Assembly (NCBI GenBank): GCA_963796685.1
Contig: CAWCMR010000014.1
Location: forward strand, 1 to 64,000
Source: an uncultured delta proteobacterium
GTDB lineage: Bacteria; Myxococcota_A; Polyangia; Fen-1088
Length of the DNA stretch: 64,000 nt
Direction of reading: 5' to 3'
Made by a program: the position numbers and the translations under genes. Under the pieces are notes generated by a model. That model had not been told where the DNA came from. It saw only the letters and a program-made list of their open reading frames with translations, and made no database searches. Positions 43,482 to 52,693 of this stretch are shown piece after piece (position 1 is the first letter of the stretch; each line of letters opens with the position of its first letter).

Positions 43482-43745
43482 CTAGGGTGTGCCCTTGTAG
43501 CGCTGGCGGAGAAAGTCACGGACTTCCCCTCGCACCCGTTCGGGCATTTCCACGGAGAGGGCATCGCGTGAGATGGCCGGCGTCTTCTTGTACGTGTGAA
43601 AGAACTTGACGCACTCCGGACAGTAAGCCAGATGGCCGTCGAAGCTCTCTCTCTCCTCGGCCGGAAGACTGCCGCTCAAGTAGTCCATGCAATAGTCGAC
43701 CAGCTGCTGGCAACTAATCCCGATGACTCTCTCGTAGGGCTTCAC
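43482..43745 (-). CDS. Zinc-binding anti-sigma (zf-HC2/ZAS) domain protein
   Basis: C..LVDY..DYL.G.L..EER..F..HLAYCPEC (HxxxCxxC). Confidence 0.85.
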   Translation of the reverse strand: MKPYERVIGISCQQLVDYCMDYLSGSLPAEERESFDGHLAYCPECVKFFHTYKKTPAISRDALSVEMPERVRGEVRDFLRQRYKGTP

Positions 43746-44019
43746 GACTCGGCGTCCTTCGTTGCTCGAAACACTATACCTGAAGATGCACTTCGCATAG
43801 AACATGGTTCACGTTTCTCGGCGGAAAATGCAGGACCGGTGGCGTTCGTCCTGCCCGCCGGGTGGGTGCGGGGTCGCCAAAAGTGCGCAAATGTGCGAAA
43901 GAGTCCGTCGGAAATTGCACGCGACTCTGTCTGGACCGCGACCGCTGTTCCACGGAAACCACGATTCGCAACGGAAATGGCGGTCAGGGCAGGCGCGCGG
44001 GAGAAGCTAGGAACAGGTC

Positions 44020-45042
44020 ATGGGCGAATTCAATCTTGGTAGCCGTCGTCGCAAGGCTGTCCTTCGACAGGTGACGAGGGTTTTTCTTCCCCATGAAAGC
44101 ACGGTCGAGCTGACAGGGCTGGGGGCCGTGCTCCTGCGGCCGTCGCTGCTCGAGGACGGCACCGTGGAGCTCTCACGCATCCGCCCATCGTGCGAAGAGG
44201 CGCTGATCGCGTGTGTCGACACCTCGGCGTTGCTCCTGGTCGAGCATCCCTTTGCGCTCGACGCCGTGAACGCGCTCCTCGGCTGCGGGCAGGCCCCGGC
44301 GCCCCGGTCGCTTTCGCGCATCGAGCGTGGGCTCTTGCACGGCCTGCTCGCGACCTTGTGCACGCACCTCGGTCTTTCATCCAGCGTTCGGGTGGGTGCG
44401 CAAGATTGCCCGTTGCTGGTGTCGGACTCCGTCATCATCGAGATCGCGCTACGCATGGGCCAGTGTGCCGGGCGTGCCTGGGTGTTTGCAACGGACGAGT
44501 TTTTGGCCAACGTTCTGATCACGCAAGCGATGACCCCGGTGGGGTCGTCATCGGTGCTTCGCTTGGAGCTCGGCCGAACCCGCGTGCCGGTTGCGGGGCT
44601 GGCCGACGCGCGCGAGGGCGATGCGGTCGTGTTCGACGGCGTGGCCGCGCTGCCGGTGGAGGGTGCGTGGCCGATTCACCTCCGTCGTGGCGACAATGCG
44701 ACTCCGGCTTCCCTGCTTGCCGACGGCATCGTCGCCGTGGAGGATGCAGATGACCGAGACGATCGTACCGTGACCCGAGTCGAACGGCGAGCCACGCACC
44801 CTCACTCGCCGTTCAATCCAACCCTTGCGGACGCGGGCACGGAGATCGCTGCCGAGATTGCCTCCCTTGACGGTGGCACGCTGGGCGCGTTGCTCGGGGG
44901 CGCGCCACTCGACCGGGGCGGACGGAAGGGGCCGTGTCGGTCTGTCCTTTTGCGGCGGGCCGACGTGCCATGGGCCGAAGGCGAGCTCCTGACCGTCGAC
45001 GGCGAGCTCGCCGTGCGCATCACGCGGAAGCTGGCTGGCTGA
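44020..45042 (+). CDS. Divergent FliM/FliN/SctQ (SpoA-domain) protein
   Basis: LSRIERGLL (FliM-M-like), LRLELGRTRV..L...GDAV and AEGELLTVDGELAVRIT (SpoA signatures). Confidence 0.7.
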   Translation: MGEFNLGSRRRKAVLRQVTRVFLPHESTVELTGLGAVLLRPSLLEDGTVELSRIRPSCEEALIACVDTSALLLVEHPFALDAVNALLGCGQAPAPRSLSRIERGLLHGLLATLCTHLGLSSSVRVGAQDCPLLVSDSVIIEIALRMGQCAGRAWVFATDEFLANVLITQAMTPVGSSSVLRLELGRTRVPVAGLADAREGDAVVFDGVAALPVEGAWPIHLRRGDNATPASLLADGIVAVEDADDRDDRTVTRVERRATHPHSPFNPTLADAGTEIAAEIASLDGGTLGALLGGAPLDRGGRKGPCRSVLLRRADVPWAEGELLTVDGELAVRITRKLAG

Positions 45043-46363
45043 GGCAGAGACCTTCGATGAGCGCCGCCGTCGCAGCCCAGTGCGGGGCCGCGCGCATGAG
45101 CCGATGTTGCAGGGGTCCCCAGACGTCCGGATTGCCACGCAGACCGGACGCGCGCAGGACCACCGACACTTGTTCATACGGGTCGTTGGCTTGGTAGAGT
45201 AGGCTGTTACCGGTCTGCGAGCCGACGTCGTAGTCGACCATATAGTCGGCGTAGGCCGCGCAATCGGGGACCAGCGGCAGGGTCGCGTAGCGCATGGCCG
45301 TGCCCGCGGTGCGCGCAAGGTGGTTGTCCTTGTCGGCCAACAGCAGCACGTCCGCCCCGGCCAGGATCTGGCGCTCGGCCGCGGGGCCGGTCTCGGGGTA
45401 GATGGCGATCTTGCCCGGTGTCTCGATGGCGATGCGCTTGATCTCGTCCACGAGCGCGCGCTCGCCGATTCCGGGTACCACGAAGGCGACATCGGAACGG
45501 ACCAGGTCGGAAATGGCGTCGATGAGCGCGCGACCGCCCTCGGCGATCGCCAATGGGGCCGTGGCGACCAACAGGGTGCGTCGGCCGAGGGCGAGCGATG
45601 TCCGTCGTGCGAGGGCTTTGCGACAGTCGGCCTTTCCAGCCGGCGCGTCGGCGGAGAACCTGGCGGCCAGGGCCGGATCGGTCGACGGGTCGCAGGGCGC
45701 CTCGTCGCAACCGAAGCGTACCGCCACCACCGGCTGATCCGAGGCCCGGAAGGAAAATTCGCGCGCGCTCTCGAAGCGGCGCGCCGAGGACGGGCTGGGG
45801 AAGAGCACCACGTCGGCGTCGATGGCACCGAGCCCCGCGAGGGATCCCTTGGCCATGGCCAAATCGGGAGCGTTGGGATCCAGGGCAGCGCGTTCGAGCG
45901 GCGACAAGGGGGGGCCCCAGGTGCCAGTCGGCAGAACGAAGACGCGCGAGGTGGCTTGGATCGCGGGTAGAACCGCGGCGGCGGCTTCTCCCCAGGCGAT
46001 GATGGCGTCGGGCTTGCAGATCTCATCGCGCAGAAGTGCCGAGGCGGCGTTGGCAAGGAAGGCCGCACCATGTCCACGGTCGATCGGCTCGGCGCCGAGC
46101 ACGTGCAGCGCACACTGGCTGATGGCAGACCGCCCCTCGAAGAGCGAGCACTCACGATCTCCGTCGGCCAGCCGGGCGAGCACGGTTCGCAGTCGGCGTG
46201 CCATGCCGGGTAGGCCGGCGGCCCGCTGCTCGCTGGCGAGGGTCAGCATGGTCACCTTGTGTTTCGCCGCTGAAAGCGCACGGCCGAGGGCCGCTGCGCA
46301 GGTGGCGGTTTCGCTCTCCGCAACCGGTGCGACCTCGTCACCGACTATGAGGATGTCGGCCAT
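45020..46363 (-). CDS. Glycogen synthase (GT5)-like protein, catalytic motifs degenerate
   Basis: GlgA-like ILIVGDEVAP..ALGRAL..HKVT, DPSTDPAL..GKADCRKAL, ILAGADVLL, AMRYATLP. KTGGL and FEPCGL are absent. Confidence 0.75.
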   Translation of the reverse strand: MADILIVGDEVAPVAESETATCAAALGRALSAAKHKVTMLTLASEQRAAGLPGMARRLRTVLARLADGDRECSLFEGRSAISQCALHVLGAEPIDRGHGAAFLANAASALLRDEICKPDAIIAWGEAAAAVLPAIQATSRVFVLPTGTWGPPLSPLERAALDPNAPDLAMAKGSLAGLGAIDADVVLFPSPSSARRFESAREFSFRASDQPVVAVRFGCDEAPCDPSTDPALAARFSADAPAGKADCRKALARRTSLALGRRTLLVATAPLAIAEGGRALIDAISDLVRSDVAFVVPGIGERALVDEIKRIAIETPGKIAIYPETGPAAERQILAGADVLLLADKDNHLARTAGTAMRYATLPLVPDCAAYADYMVDYDVGSQTGNSLLYQANDPYEQVSVVLRASGLRGNPDVWGPLQHRLMRAAPHWAATAALIEGLCLSQPASA

Positions 46364-46456
46364 GTTACGTCCTGGTTAGTATCGTGCACGTGCAGCCATG
46401 ACGAGCCGCAGGGCTCCGGCGCAGCGTTGAAAAAGTGAACGGCAGACGGAAAGGTC

Positions 46457-46660
46457 CTATTCCGTGGCTCCGCGCTCGTCGTCTTCACCCGGGAATTCGT
46501 TCACGGACGGGTACTTCATGATCTCTTTGCGGGAGATCTTCCACGCCTTCTGCACGATCCACGAAAGTGAACGGTCTTGACGCGTAGCCTCTTCCTGGAT
46601 TTCCTTCAGCATTTCCTCTGGAAAGTAGAGACTTTGTTTCCTCTTGTCAGAACCGGCCAT
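46457..46660 (-). CDS. cdbA: CdbA/CdbB (MXAN_4361/4362, TIGR04563-type) c-di-GMP-binding ribbon-helix-helix protein
   Basis: MAGSDKRKQSLYFPEEMLKEIQEEATRQDRSLSWIVQKAWKI closely matches the M. xanthus CdbA sequence as recalled; GAGGGG RBS. Confidence 0.88.
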   Translation of the reverse strand: MAGSDKRKQSLYFPEEMLKEIQEEATRQDRSLSWIVQKAWKISRKEIMKYPSVNEFPGEDDERGATE

Positions 46661-46829
46661 GAAACACCCCTCTTGTGGATGGACTCCCCATGTATTGACT
46701 TTTCGGCATTTAGGCAGTTATCGGCTAACCTGTCAAGGCGTGGCACTTTCGAGCCTGGATTGCACTTGTTGTTGCAAACGGACGCTAGACTAGGCAAATA
46801 CACAAAGCTATTCTGAAACAAGGGGATAC

Positions 46830-47207
46830 ATGGAAGGGACCGGTCTGAAGAAGAAAGACCTGAAACGGTTCCGCGACATCCTTCTGACACGGAAGAAGGA
46901 CATTCTGCGGAACGCGCAACGCACCTTGAGCGAGGACATGACGCTCGAATCCGATGATTTGCCAGACGAAATGGATCTGGCATCCTCGGAATACCTGCAG
47001 TCATTCACGTTCAGGTTGCGCGGTCGCGAAAAGACGTTTCTGCAGAAGATCGACCACGCGCTCGAGAAGATCGAGGAAGGCACCTTCGGACTGTGCGAGC
47101 AGTGCGGAGAGCTCATTTCTCTCAAGCGGCTGGAGGCTCGACTCGAAACCACGCTCTGCATCCGCTGCAAGGAGGACCAGGAGCGCATCGAGAAGGCCTA
47201 CGGGTAA
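46830..47207 (+). CDS. dksA: RNA polymerase-binding factor DksA/TraR C4 zinc finger
   Basis: Coiled-coil tip DEMDLA (DxxDxA); CEQC..KRLEAR..CIRC. Confidence 0.9.
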   Translation: MEGTGLKKKDLKRFRDILLTRKKDILRNAQRTLSEDMTLESDDLPDEMDLASSEYLQSFTFRLRGREKTFLQKIDHALEKIEEGTFGLCEQCGELISLKRLEARLETTLCIRCKEDQERIEKAYG

Positions 47208-47261
47208 AGGGTGCCGGACGTCCGACTGGCCGTCCGCGATCCTCCCGCGTGTCCTTTCCAT

Positions 47262-48111
47262 GTGAGAGCGGGAATCGGACTGCGCCTTGCCGGCGCCGTT
47301 CTGGCCGTCACCGCGCTGTCGGGTTGCCTTGGGGTCTTTGCCGACCAGGGCGCGAGCACCTCGCTCGGCTCACACAGCAAGGGTGCGCTTTTGCACGGCG
47401 TGGCCATGCCTTTCGAAGGGGACGGATACGAGGATGCACCCGGACTGGCGCTCGCGCAACCATCGCTTCACCACCGCGGCGGTCGCGCGTTGGCTGACCG
47501 AGGTATTTATGGAGGTGAACCGGACCCTCCCCGGCAGCACCGCCTACCTCGGGGATCTGTCGAGCAGAAACGGTGGCGGCACGGCGATGCACCGATCGCA
47601 TGCCAGCGGGCGGGACATCGACATCTTCTACTTCGCCAGCGACGGCGATGGGAGGTCGCTTCACGGGCTGCCCGCGATGTTGCACTTCGCGAGCGATGGG
47701 CGAGCCTCACGCTGGTCGGTGTGCAAACCAGGCCGTGTCGTCAAGGTGCCGGTGCCGGACGCCCGCTTCGACGTTCGGCGAAACTGGGCCTTGGTGCGTG
47801 CCATGCTGGACAATCCGGTGGTCGAAGTGCAGTGGATCTTCATTCACCGCAACCTGGCGGGTCTCCTGCTCGATGAGGCCGAGCGCGAGGGGACGCCTGC
47901 CGCGACGGTGAACAAGGCACGCGCCATCCTTCACCAGCCCACGGATTCGCAGCCTCACGACGACCACATGCACGTGCGCGTGTTCTGCGATCCGACGGAC
48001 CGCGGGCTCGGTTGCGTCGACAAGGGGCCGAAGCGCTGGCTCAAGAAGCACTGGAAGTACATGCTGCCGTCTGACCGAGAGCCTGCCTTCCAGGCAATTT
48101 CCGGATTCTAA
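47262..48111 (+). CDS. Penicillin-insensitive murein endopeptidase (MepA-like) lipoprotein, +1 frameshift near 47432
   Basis: LSGC lipobox and SLGSHSKGALLHG in frame 47211; GDLS..GG..HRSHASGRDIDI and HDDHMHVR in frame 47287; extra G in TACGAGGATG. Confidence 0.82.
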
Positions 48112-48360
48112 ACACAGAGGACACAGAGAACACAGAGATGGAAGAGAAATGAAGGGTTCGGAGCGAGATCCGGAAAACCCTTCATTCACCGGGCCTCTGC
48201 GTCGGCTGTGTTCTCTGACCTGAAACCGCCTCGCCCCGCTCAGCGGAGCGTAGCGCGCGAGGGCGCGGCGGAGCCGCGGGGGCAGGGGTAGGGCGAGCAG
48301 GTCCCGAAGCGCTCACGGGGCGGAGAGGTCGCCGAGCGCAGCGAGCGAGGAGGGTGAGGC
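48112..48360. repeat. Composite intergenic palindromic (REP-like) elements
   Basis: ACACAGAG x3; inverted pairs CAGAGAACACAG (48124)/CTGTGTTCTCTG (48206) and AATGAAGGGTT (48148)/AACCCTTCATT (48176). These are followed by a CCTCGCCCCGC...GGAGAGGTCG...GGGTGAGG element. Confidence 0.65.
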
Positions 48361-48492
48361 TTGTGCATGCTCTGCACGGCAGCCTCGGGCAGCGCCAGGG
48401 TCCGCACCGTGGCGCGCACACATGGGCCTGCGCACATGGGCGAGATCCGGGCTGCTTGTCCTACCTGAACAAAGTAGTAGTTGTTTCATCTA

Positions 48493-48528
48493 TTGAATAT
48501 ACGCTACCGAGTAGAATACAGTGAATAC
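48493..48528 (+). promoter_or_regulatory. Putative promoter with GAATAY direct repeats
   Basis: AT-rich patch; TTGAAT-18 nt-TACAGT; GAATAY at 48495, 48514 and 48523. Confidence 0.4.
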
Positions 48529-48534
48529 ACGAAA

Positions 48535-49134
48535 ATGGAGAAGCGCCAGACCCAGTCCGCCAGCGAGACCCCGGTTTCGAGAAACCGGGCGGTCGGGCTT
48601 CTCGTCGAGGAAGAGCTGAGCGAGATCGAGCGCCAGTGGCCCGACGGCCTGACCTCACGTCAGATCGTGGATCTCTTCACTGCGAGAGGGTTTCGCTTCT
48701 CCGAGGCCACCTTGCGCAAGTACGTGCAGCTCGGTCTCCTGCCGCGCTCGGTGCGCGTCGGGCGCAAGGGCAAGCACCGCGGCTCGTGCGGGATGTATCC
48801 CGCCGAGGTCGTCCGCCGCGTGAATCAGGTGCGCTCGATGATGGCCGAGGACCTGACCATCGAGGACATCCAGCGCTCCTTCGCCCGCTTCAAGGATGAG
48901 ATCGACCAAGTCGAAAAGGGAGTGCGCGAGCTGATCGCGGGGTTCGAGCGCGAGGCCAAGGGCCCGACGCTCACCCCGGATCGGCGGGCAACCATCGAGT
49001 CCGAGATCGTCGCGGCCAAGCAAGCCGCTGGCGAGCTGATTCGGCGAATCACGGGAGTCGAAGCGAGTCTTTCTGCCCGCGCCGGTGCGTCGGTTGCGGG
49101 CACTGCCGTCGGGAGCGGCAGCGATCTGTTCTGA
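48535..49134 (+). CDS. MerR-like winged-HTH protein with C-terminal coiled coil
   Basis: SEATLRKYVQLGLLPRS.RVG..G.Y, then ..V.SMM..LTIEDIQ. Confidence 0.8.
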   Translation: MEKRQTQSASETPVSRNRAVGLLVEEELSEIERQWPDGLTSRQIVDLFTARGFRFSEATLRKYVQLGLLPRSVRVGRKGKHRGSCGMYPAEVVRRVNQVRSMMAEDLTIEDIQRSFARFKDEIDQVEKGVRELIAGFEREAKGPTLTPDRRATIESEIVAAKQAAGELIRRITGVEASLSARAGASVAGTAVGSGSDLF

Positions 49135-49170
49135 CGCGGGCCCCGACCACCGCGTCCAAGGAAGAAAACC

Positions 49171-49707
49171 ATGGCCGAAGATAGATTGGTTAGTCAAGTC
49201 GAGGAGGATGAGGCCGTAGGACCAGCGGAAGAATTGCCGCAGCCCGAGGTGGCCAAGATCCGATTGAAGGTTCGTCCGTCGCGCGACGGACGATTCCGGT
49301 CCAAGACCATCGCACCCAAGCGCTTGACCCGCGACGAGAAGCGCCTGGCGATGTCCCTGGTCTATCCGGAGGACATCGAGCGACCCAAGTCGCGTGCGGA
49401 TTGCCAGAGCATGCAGCGTCCCTGTCCGTTCGTGAGCTGCGAGCACCACCTGTACTTGGACGTGAATCCGCAGAGTGGAGCCATCAAGCTGAACTTCCCC
49501 CACCTCGAGGTGTGGCAGATGGCCGAGACCTGCGCGCTGGACGTCGCCGACCGTGGCGGGATCACCCTCGAGGAGGTGGGCGCCATTCTGAACCTGACCC
49601 GCGAGCGAATTCGCCAGGTCGAGGTTCGCGGGCTGACCAAAATTCGCGTCACGAACGGCGAGGATCTGGGGGCGAGTCCGCCCTTCAAATCACCGACGAG
49701 ATCCTAG
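49171..49707 (+). CDS. Cys4 (putative Zn) + sigma70 region-4 HTH protein, paralog 2
   Basis: [14 protein letters not shown]...TCAL, then [27 protein letters not shown]. Confidence 0.85.
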   Translation: MAEDRLVSQVEEDEAVGPAEELPQPEVAKIRLKVRPSRDGRFRSKTIAPKRLTRDEKRLAMSLVYPEDIERPKSRADCQSMQRPCPFVSCEHHLYLDVNPQSGAIKLNFPHLEVWQMAETCALDVADRGGITLEEVGAILNLTRERIRQVEVRGLTKIRVTNGEDLGASPPFKSPTRS

Positions 49708-49789
49708 CCCTGCCTTGTACGACTTCAGGCGTGATTCCGCTGGTACGGTGGCCAGCGGCGGGTCAGGATTGTCACCCTGAGGTTGTTTC

Positions 49790-51248
49790 GTGAAAGACGA
49801 ATTGCCCGCTGACCCCGCCTCCCTATTTCCCGCCACGCCGCTGGATACCATCGACGCCCGCATTGCGGAGCGGCTGCTGAGCGTCGCGCTGGCCTCGGGC
49901 GGAGAACACGCGGATCTCTACTTCGAGTACCGATCCTCGAGCGACTTTGCTTTCGAGGAAGGTCGCGTTCGCACGGTCGGCCGGGCCATCGTGCTCGGCT
50001 TGGGCGTGCGGGTCGTGCGCGGAGTTGCTTCCGGCTATGCCTACACCGAGGAGCTCTCCGAGCCGCGCATGATGGATGCCGCCCGCACGGCGGGACGAGA
50101 TCGCGTCCCGGGGCGGCTCGCCCGTCCCGGTCGCGTTGGCGGCGAAGGTTTTGCCCAGCTTCTATCCCGTGCGCGAGCTCTCGCTGTCTCGGACCGGGGA
50201 AGAGAAGGTCGCCCTGCTTCGCCGGCTGGACGCCGCTGCGCGGGCCTACGATCCACGCATCGTTCGCGTCGAGGCCGGTTTCGCGGAAGGCTGGTCCGAT
50301 GTGCTCGTGGTCAGCTCCGACGGAACCATGGCGCGCGACCGGCAGCCCATGGTGCGTCTCGGCGTCAACGCCATGGCGGAGGACAAGGGCAAGCGCCAGT
50401 CCGGGCGCTCGGGCACGGCCAAACGCCGCGGGCTCGATCTGTTCTCCGAACCGGGCTCGACGCCCGAGGATCACGGTCGCGAGGCAGCTCGCTTGGCGGT
50501 CGCCATGTTGCACGCCCAAGAGGCGCCGGCCGGGCCCATGGAGGTCGTGCTGGCCGCCGGCGAATCGGGCATCTTGTTGCACGAAGCGGTCGGGCATGGG
50601 CTGGAGGCGGATTTCAACCGCAAGAAGACCAGCAATTACTCGGGCCAGATGGGCAAGCAGGTGGCGTCGCACCTGTGTACCGTGGTCGACGACGCCACCA
50701 TCGCGGGCGCGCGCGGCTCGATCAACGTGGACGACGAGGGCACGAGCGGCGGGCGCAACGTGCTCATCGAAAACGGCATCCTGGTGGGCTACATGCAGGA
50801 TCGCATCTCGGCTCGCCACTTCGGCACCAAGCCGACCGGCAATGGTCGCCGCGAAAGTTTCCGCCAGCCTCCCATGCCGCGCATGACCAACACGCTCCTG
50901 CTCGCCGGCAACGACGATCCCCAGGACATCATCGGTTCGGTCGCTCGTGGCGTGTACGCCAAGCGCTTCTCCGGCGGGCAGGTGAACATCTCGAATGGCG
51001 ACTTCGTCTTCTCTCTGACCGAAAGCTACCTCATCGAGGACGGCAAGCTGACCGCCCCTCTGCGCGGCGTGAACCTCATCGGCAACGGTCCCGAGGTCCT
51101 GCGCAACGTGACCATGGTTGGGCACGATTTTCTGCTCTCCGACGGGACTTGGACCTGCGGCAAGGACGGCCAGTCAGTGCCCGTCGGCATCGGCACGCCG
51201 ACCGTCAAGATCGCGCGCATCACCGTGGGAGGCACCAAGGCGGCATGA
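49790..51248 (+). CDS. tldD: Metalloprotease TldD, +1 frameshift near 50093
   Basis: N-terminus ADLYFE..GLGVRV..GYAY in frame 49790; HEAVGHGLEADFNRK, DDEG, PRMTNT, CGKDGQSVPVG in frame 50076; extra G in GCGGGACGAG. Confidence 0.9.
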
Positions 51249-52627
51249 GCGCGGAACAGGGAAAACGCAAGATCGCCAACGAGAAAGTCTGCCAGGAGCT
51301 GGCCGAGCAGATGCTCAGTCTCGCGTTGTCCGCGGGCGCGGACGGTGCCGAGGTGCTGGTGCGTGACGGGGCCGAGCTGGAGGTCAAGCTGCGCATGGGC
51401 GAGCCGGAGCTCGTCAAGGAAGCAGGTAGCCGCGGACTTGGCTTGCGCGTGCTCAAGGAGGCCCGGGCCGCGGTCACCTACACATCCGATTTCGACGCGC
51501 AGGCCATGAAGAGCTTCGCCGAGGAGTCCGTGGCGCTGTGCCGCCTTTCCGAGCCCGAACCGCTGGCCGCGCTACCGGATCGCGAAGAGATGGCTCGGGC
51601 GATTCCCGATCTCGATTTGTGGGACGAGTCGGTGCTGTCCATCGACGTGGCCGAGGCCATGCGTTGGGCCAAGACGGGCGAGCAGGCCGCGCTCGACTTC
51701 GATCCGCGCGTGGTGAATTCCGAGGGCTCGATTTTCGGCCGGGGCGTGGGCGCGGTCGCCTTTGCGACGTCGGCGGGATTTTCCGCCGCCTACCGGGGCA
51801 GCAATGTCTCGTTCGTCGTCGAGCCGGTGTGCGACGACCGCGAGGGCAAGAAGCGCAACGGCTACCACTACACGTCGAATCGTTTCGTGTCCGGGTTGCA
51901 GGCTGCCGAGGAAGTGGGCATCGAGGCCGCGCGCAGGACCGTGGCCAAGCTGGGGTCGCGCAAAGTGGCGACGTGCCAGGTGCCGGCCGTGTTCTCGCCC
52001 GAGGCCGGCCGTTCGCTGCTCGGGCAGTTCGCGGGTTTGATTTCCGGCGGCGCGGTCTGGCGCAAGAACAGCTACCTCGCCGAGCGCGAGGGCACGGCGG
52101 TCGCGTCGCCGCTGGTCAGCATCGTCGACGATCCTCTGTTGCCGCGGGCGCCGGGGTCGCGACCCTTCGACAGCGAGGGACTGGCGGTGCGGCCCAACGT
52201 GGTCGTCTCCGACGGCGTGCTACGCACCTTCCTGTGCGACGTCTATTCGGCGCGCAAGCTGGGGCGCAAGTCCACCGCCTCCGCCGGGCGCGGGCTGGGT
52301 GGCGGGCCGCACGTGGCGACCTCGAATTTCATCCTTCGGCCGGGCAAGACCAGCGCCAAGGATGCCGCCAATGTGGCGCAGGGACTGTACGTCACCGCTC
52401 TCATGGGATTTGGATTCAACCCGGTGACCGGGGATTTTTCTCAGGGCGCCGCCGGTTTCTGGATCGAAAACGGCGAGCAAGCCTTTCCCGTCAGCGAGGT
52501 CACCATCTCGGCCAACTTCGACGATTTGTGGAAGGGTATCGACGCGGTCGCGGACGACCTCGACACGCGCTCGTCGGTGCAGTGCCCGACCTTCCGGGTG
52601 GCCAAAGTGACCGTGGCAGGGACGTAG
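51245..52627 (+). CDS. pmbA: TldE/PmbA family protein
   Basis: ATGA-coupled to tldD; GSRPFDSEG, GFNPVTGDFSQGAAGFWIENG..PVSEVTI; no HEXXH. Confidence 0.9.
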   Translation: MSAEQGKRKIANEKVCQELAEQMLSLALSAGADGAEVLVRDGAELEVKLRMGEPELVKEAGSRGLGLRVLKEARAAVTYTSDFDAQAMKSFAEESVALCRLSEPEPLAALPDREEMARAIPDLDLWDESVLSIDVAEAMRWAKTGEQAALDFDPRVVNSEGSIFGRGVGAVAFATSAGFSAAYRGSNVSFVVEPVCDDREGKKRNGYHYTSNRFVSGLQAAEEVGIEAARRTVAKLGSRKVATCQVPAVFSPEAGRSLLGQFAGLISGGAVWRKNSYLAEREGTAVASPLVSIVDDPLLPRAPGSRPFDSEGLAVRPNVVVSDGVLRTFLCDVYSARKLGRKSTASAGRGLGGGPHVATSNFILRPGKTSAKDAANVAQGLYVTALMGFGFNPVTGDFSQGAAGFWIENGEQAFPVSEVTISANFDDLWKGIDAVADDLDTRSSVQCPTFRVAKVTVAGT

Positions 52628-52693
52628 CAGGGGAGAGCATAAAGTCTCGCCTCGGCGAATCCCAGCCGGCCGGATGTGGCTCCAATCCACATC

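Noticed and set aside
46741-46756. TGGCAC as a sigma-54 promoter for dksA
   Set aside because: No GC at the -12 position with the required 10-nt spacing.
49790-52627. Apparent 945-aa TldD-PmbA fusion
   Set aside because: Artefact of the +1 indel near 50093; the middle is off-frame tldD sequence, and pmbA has its own coupled ATG at 51245.
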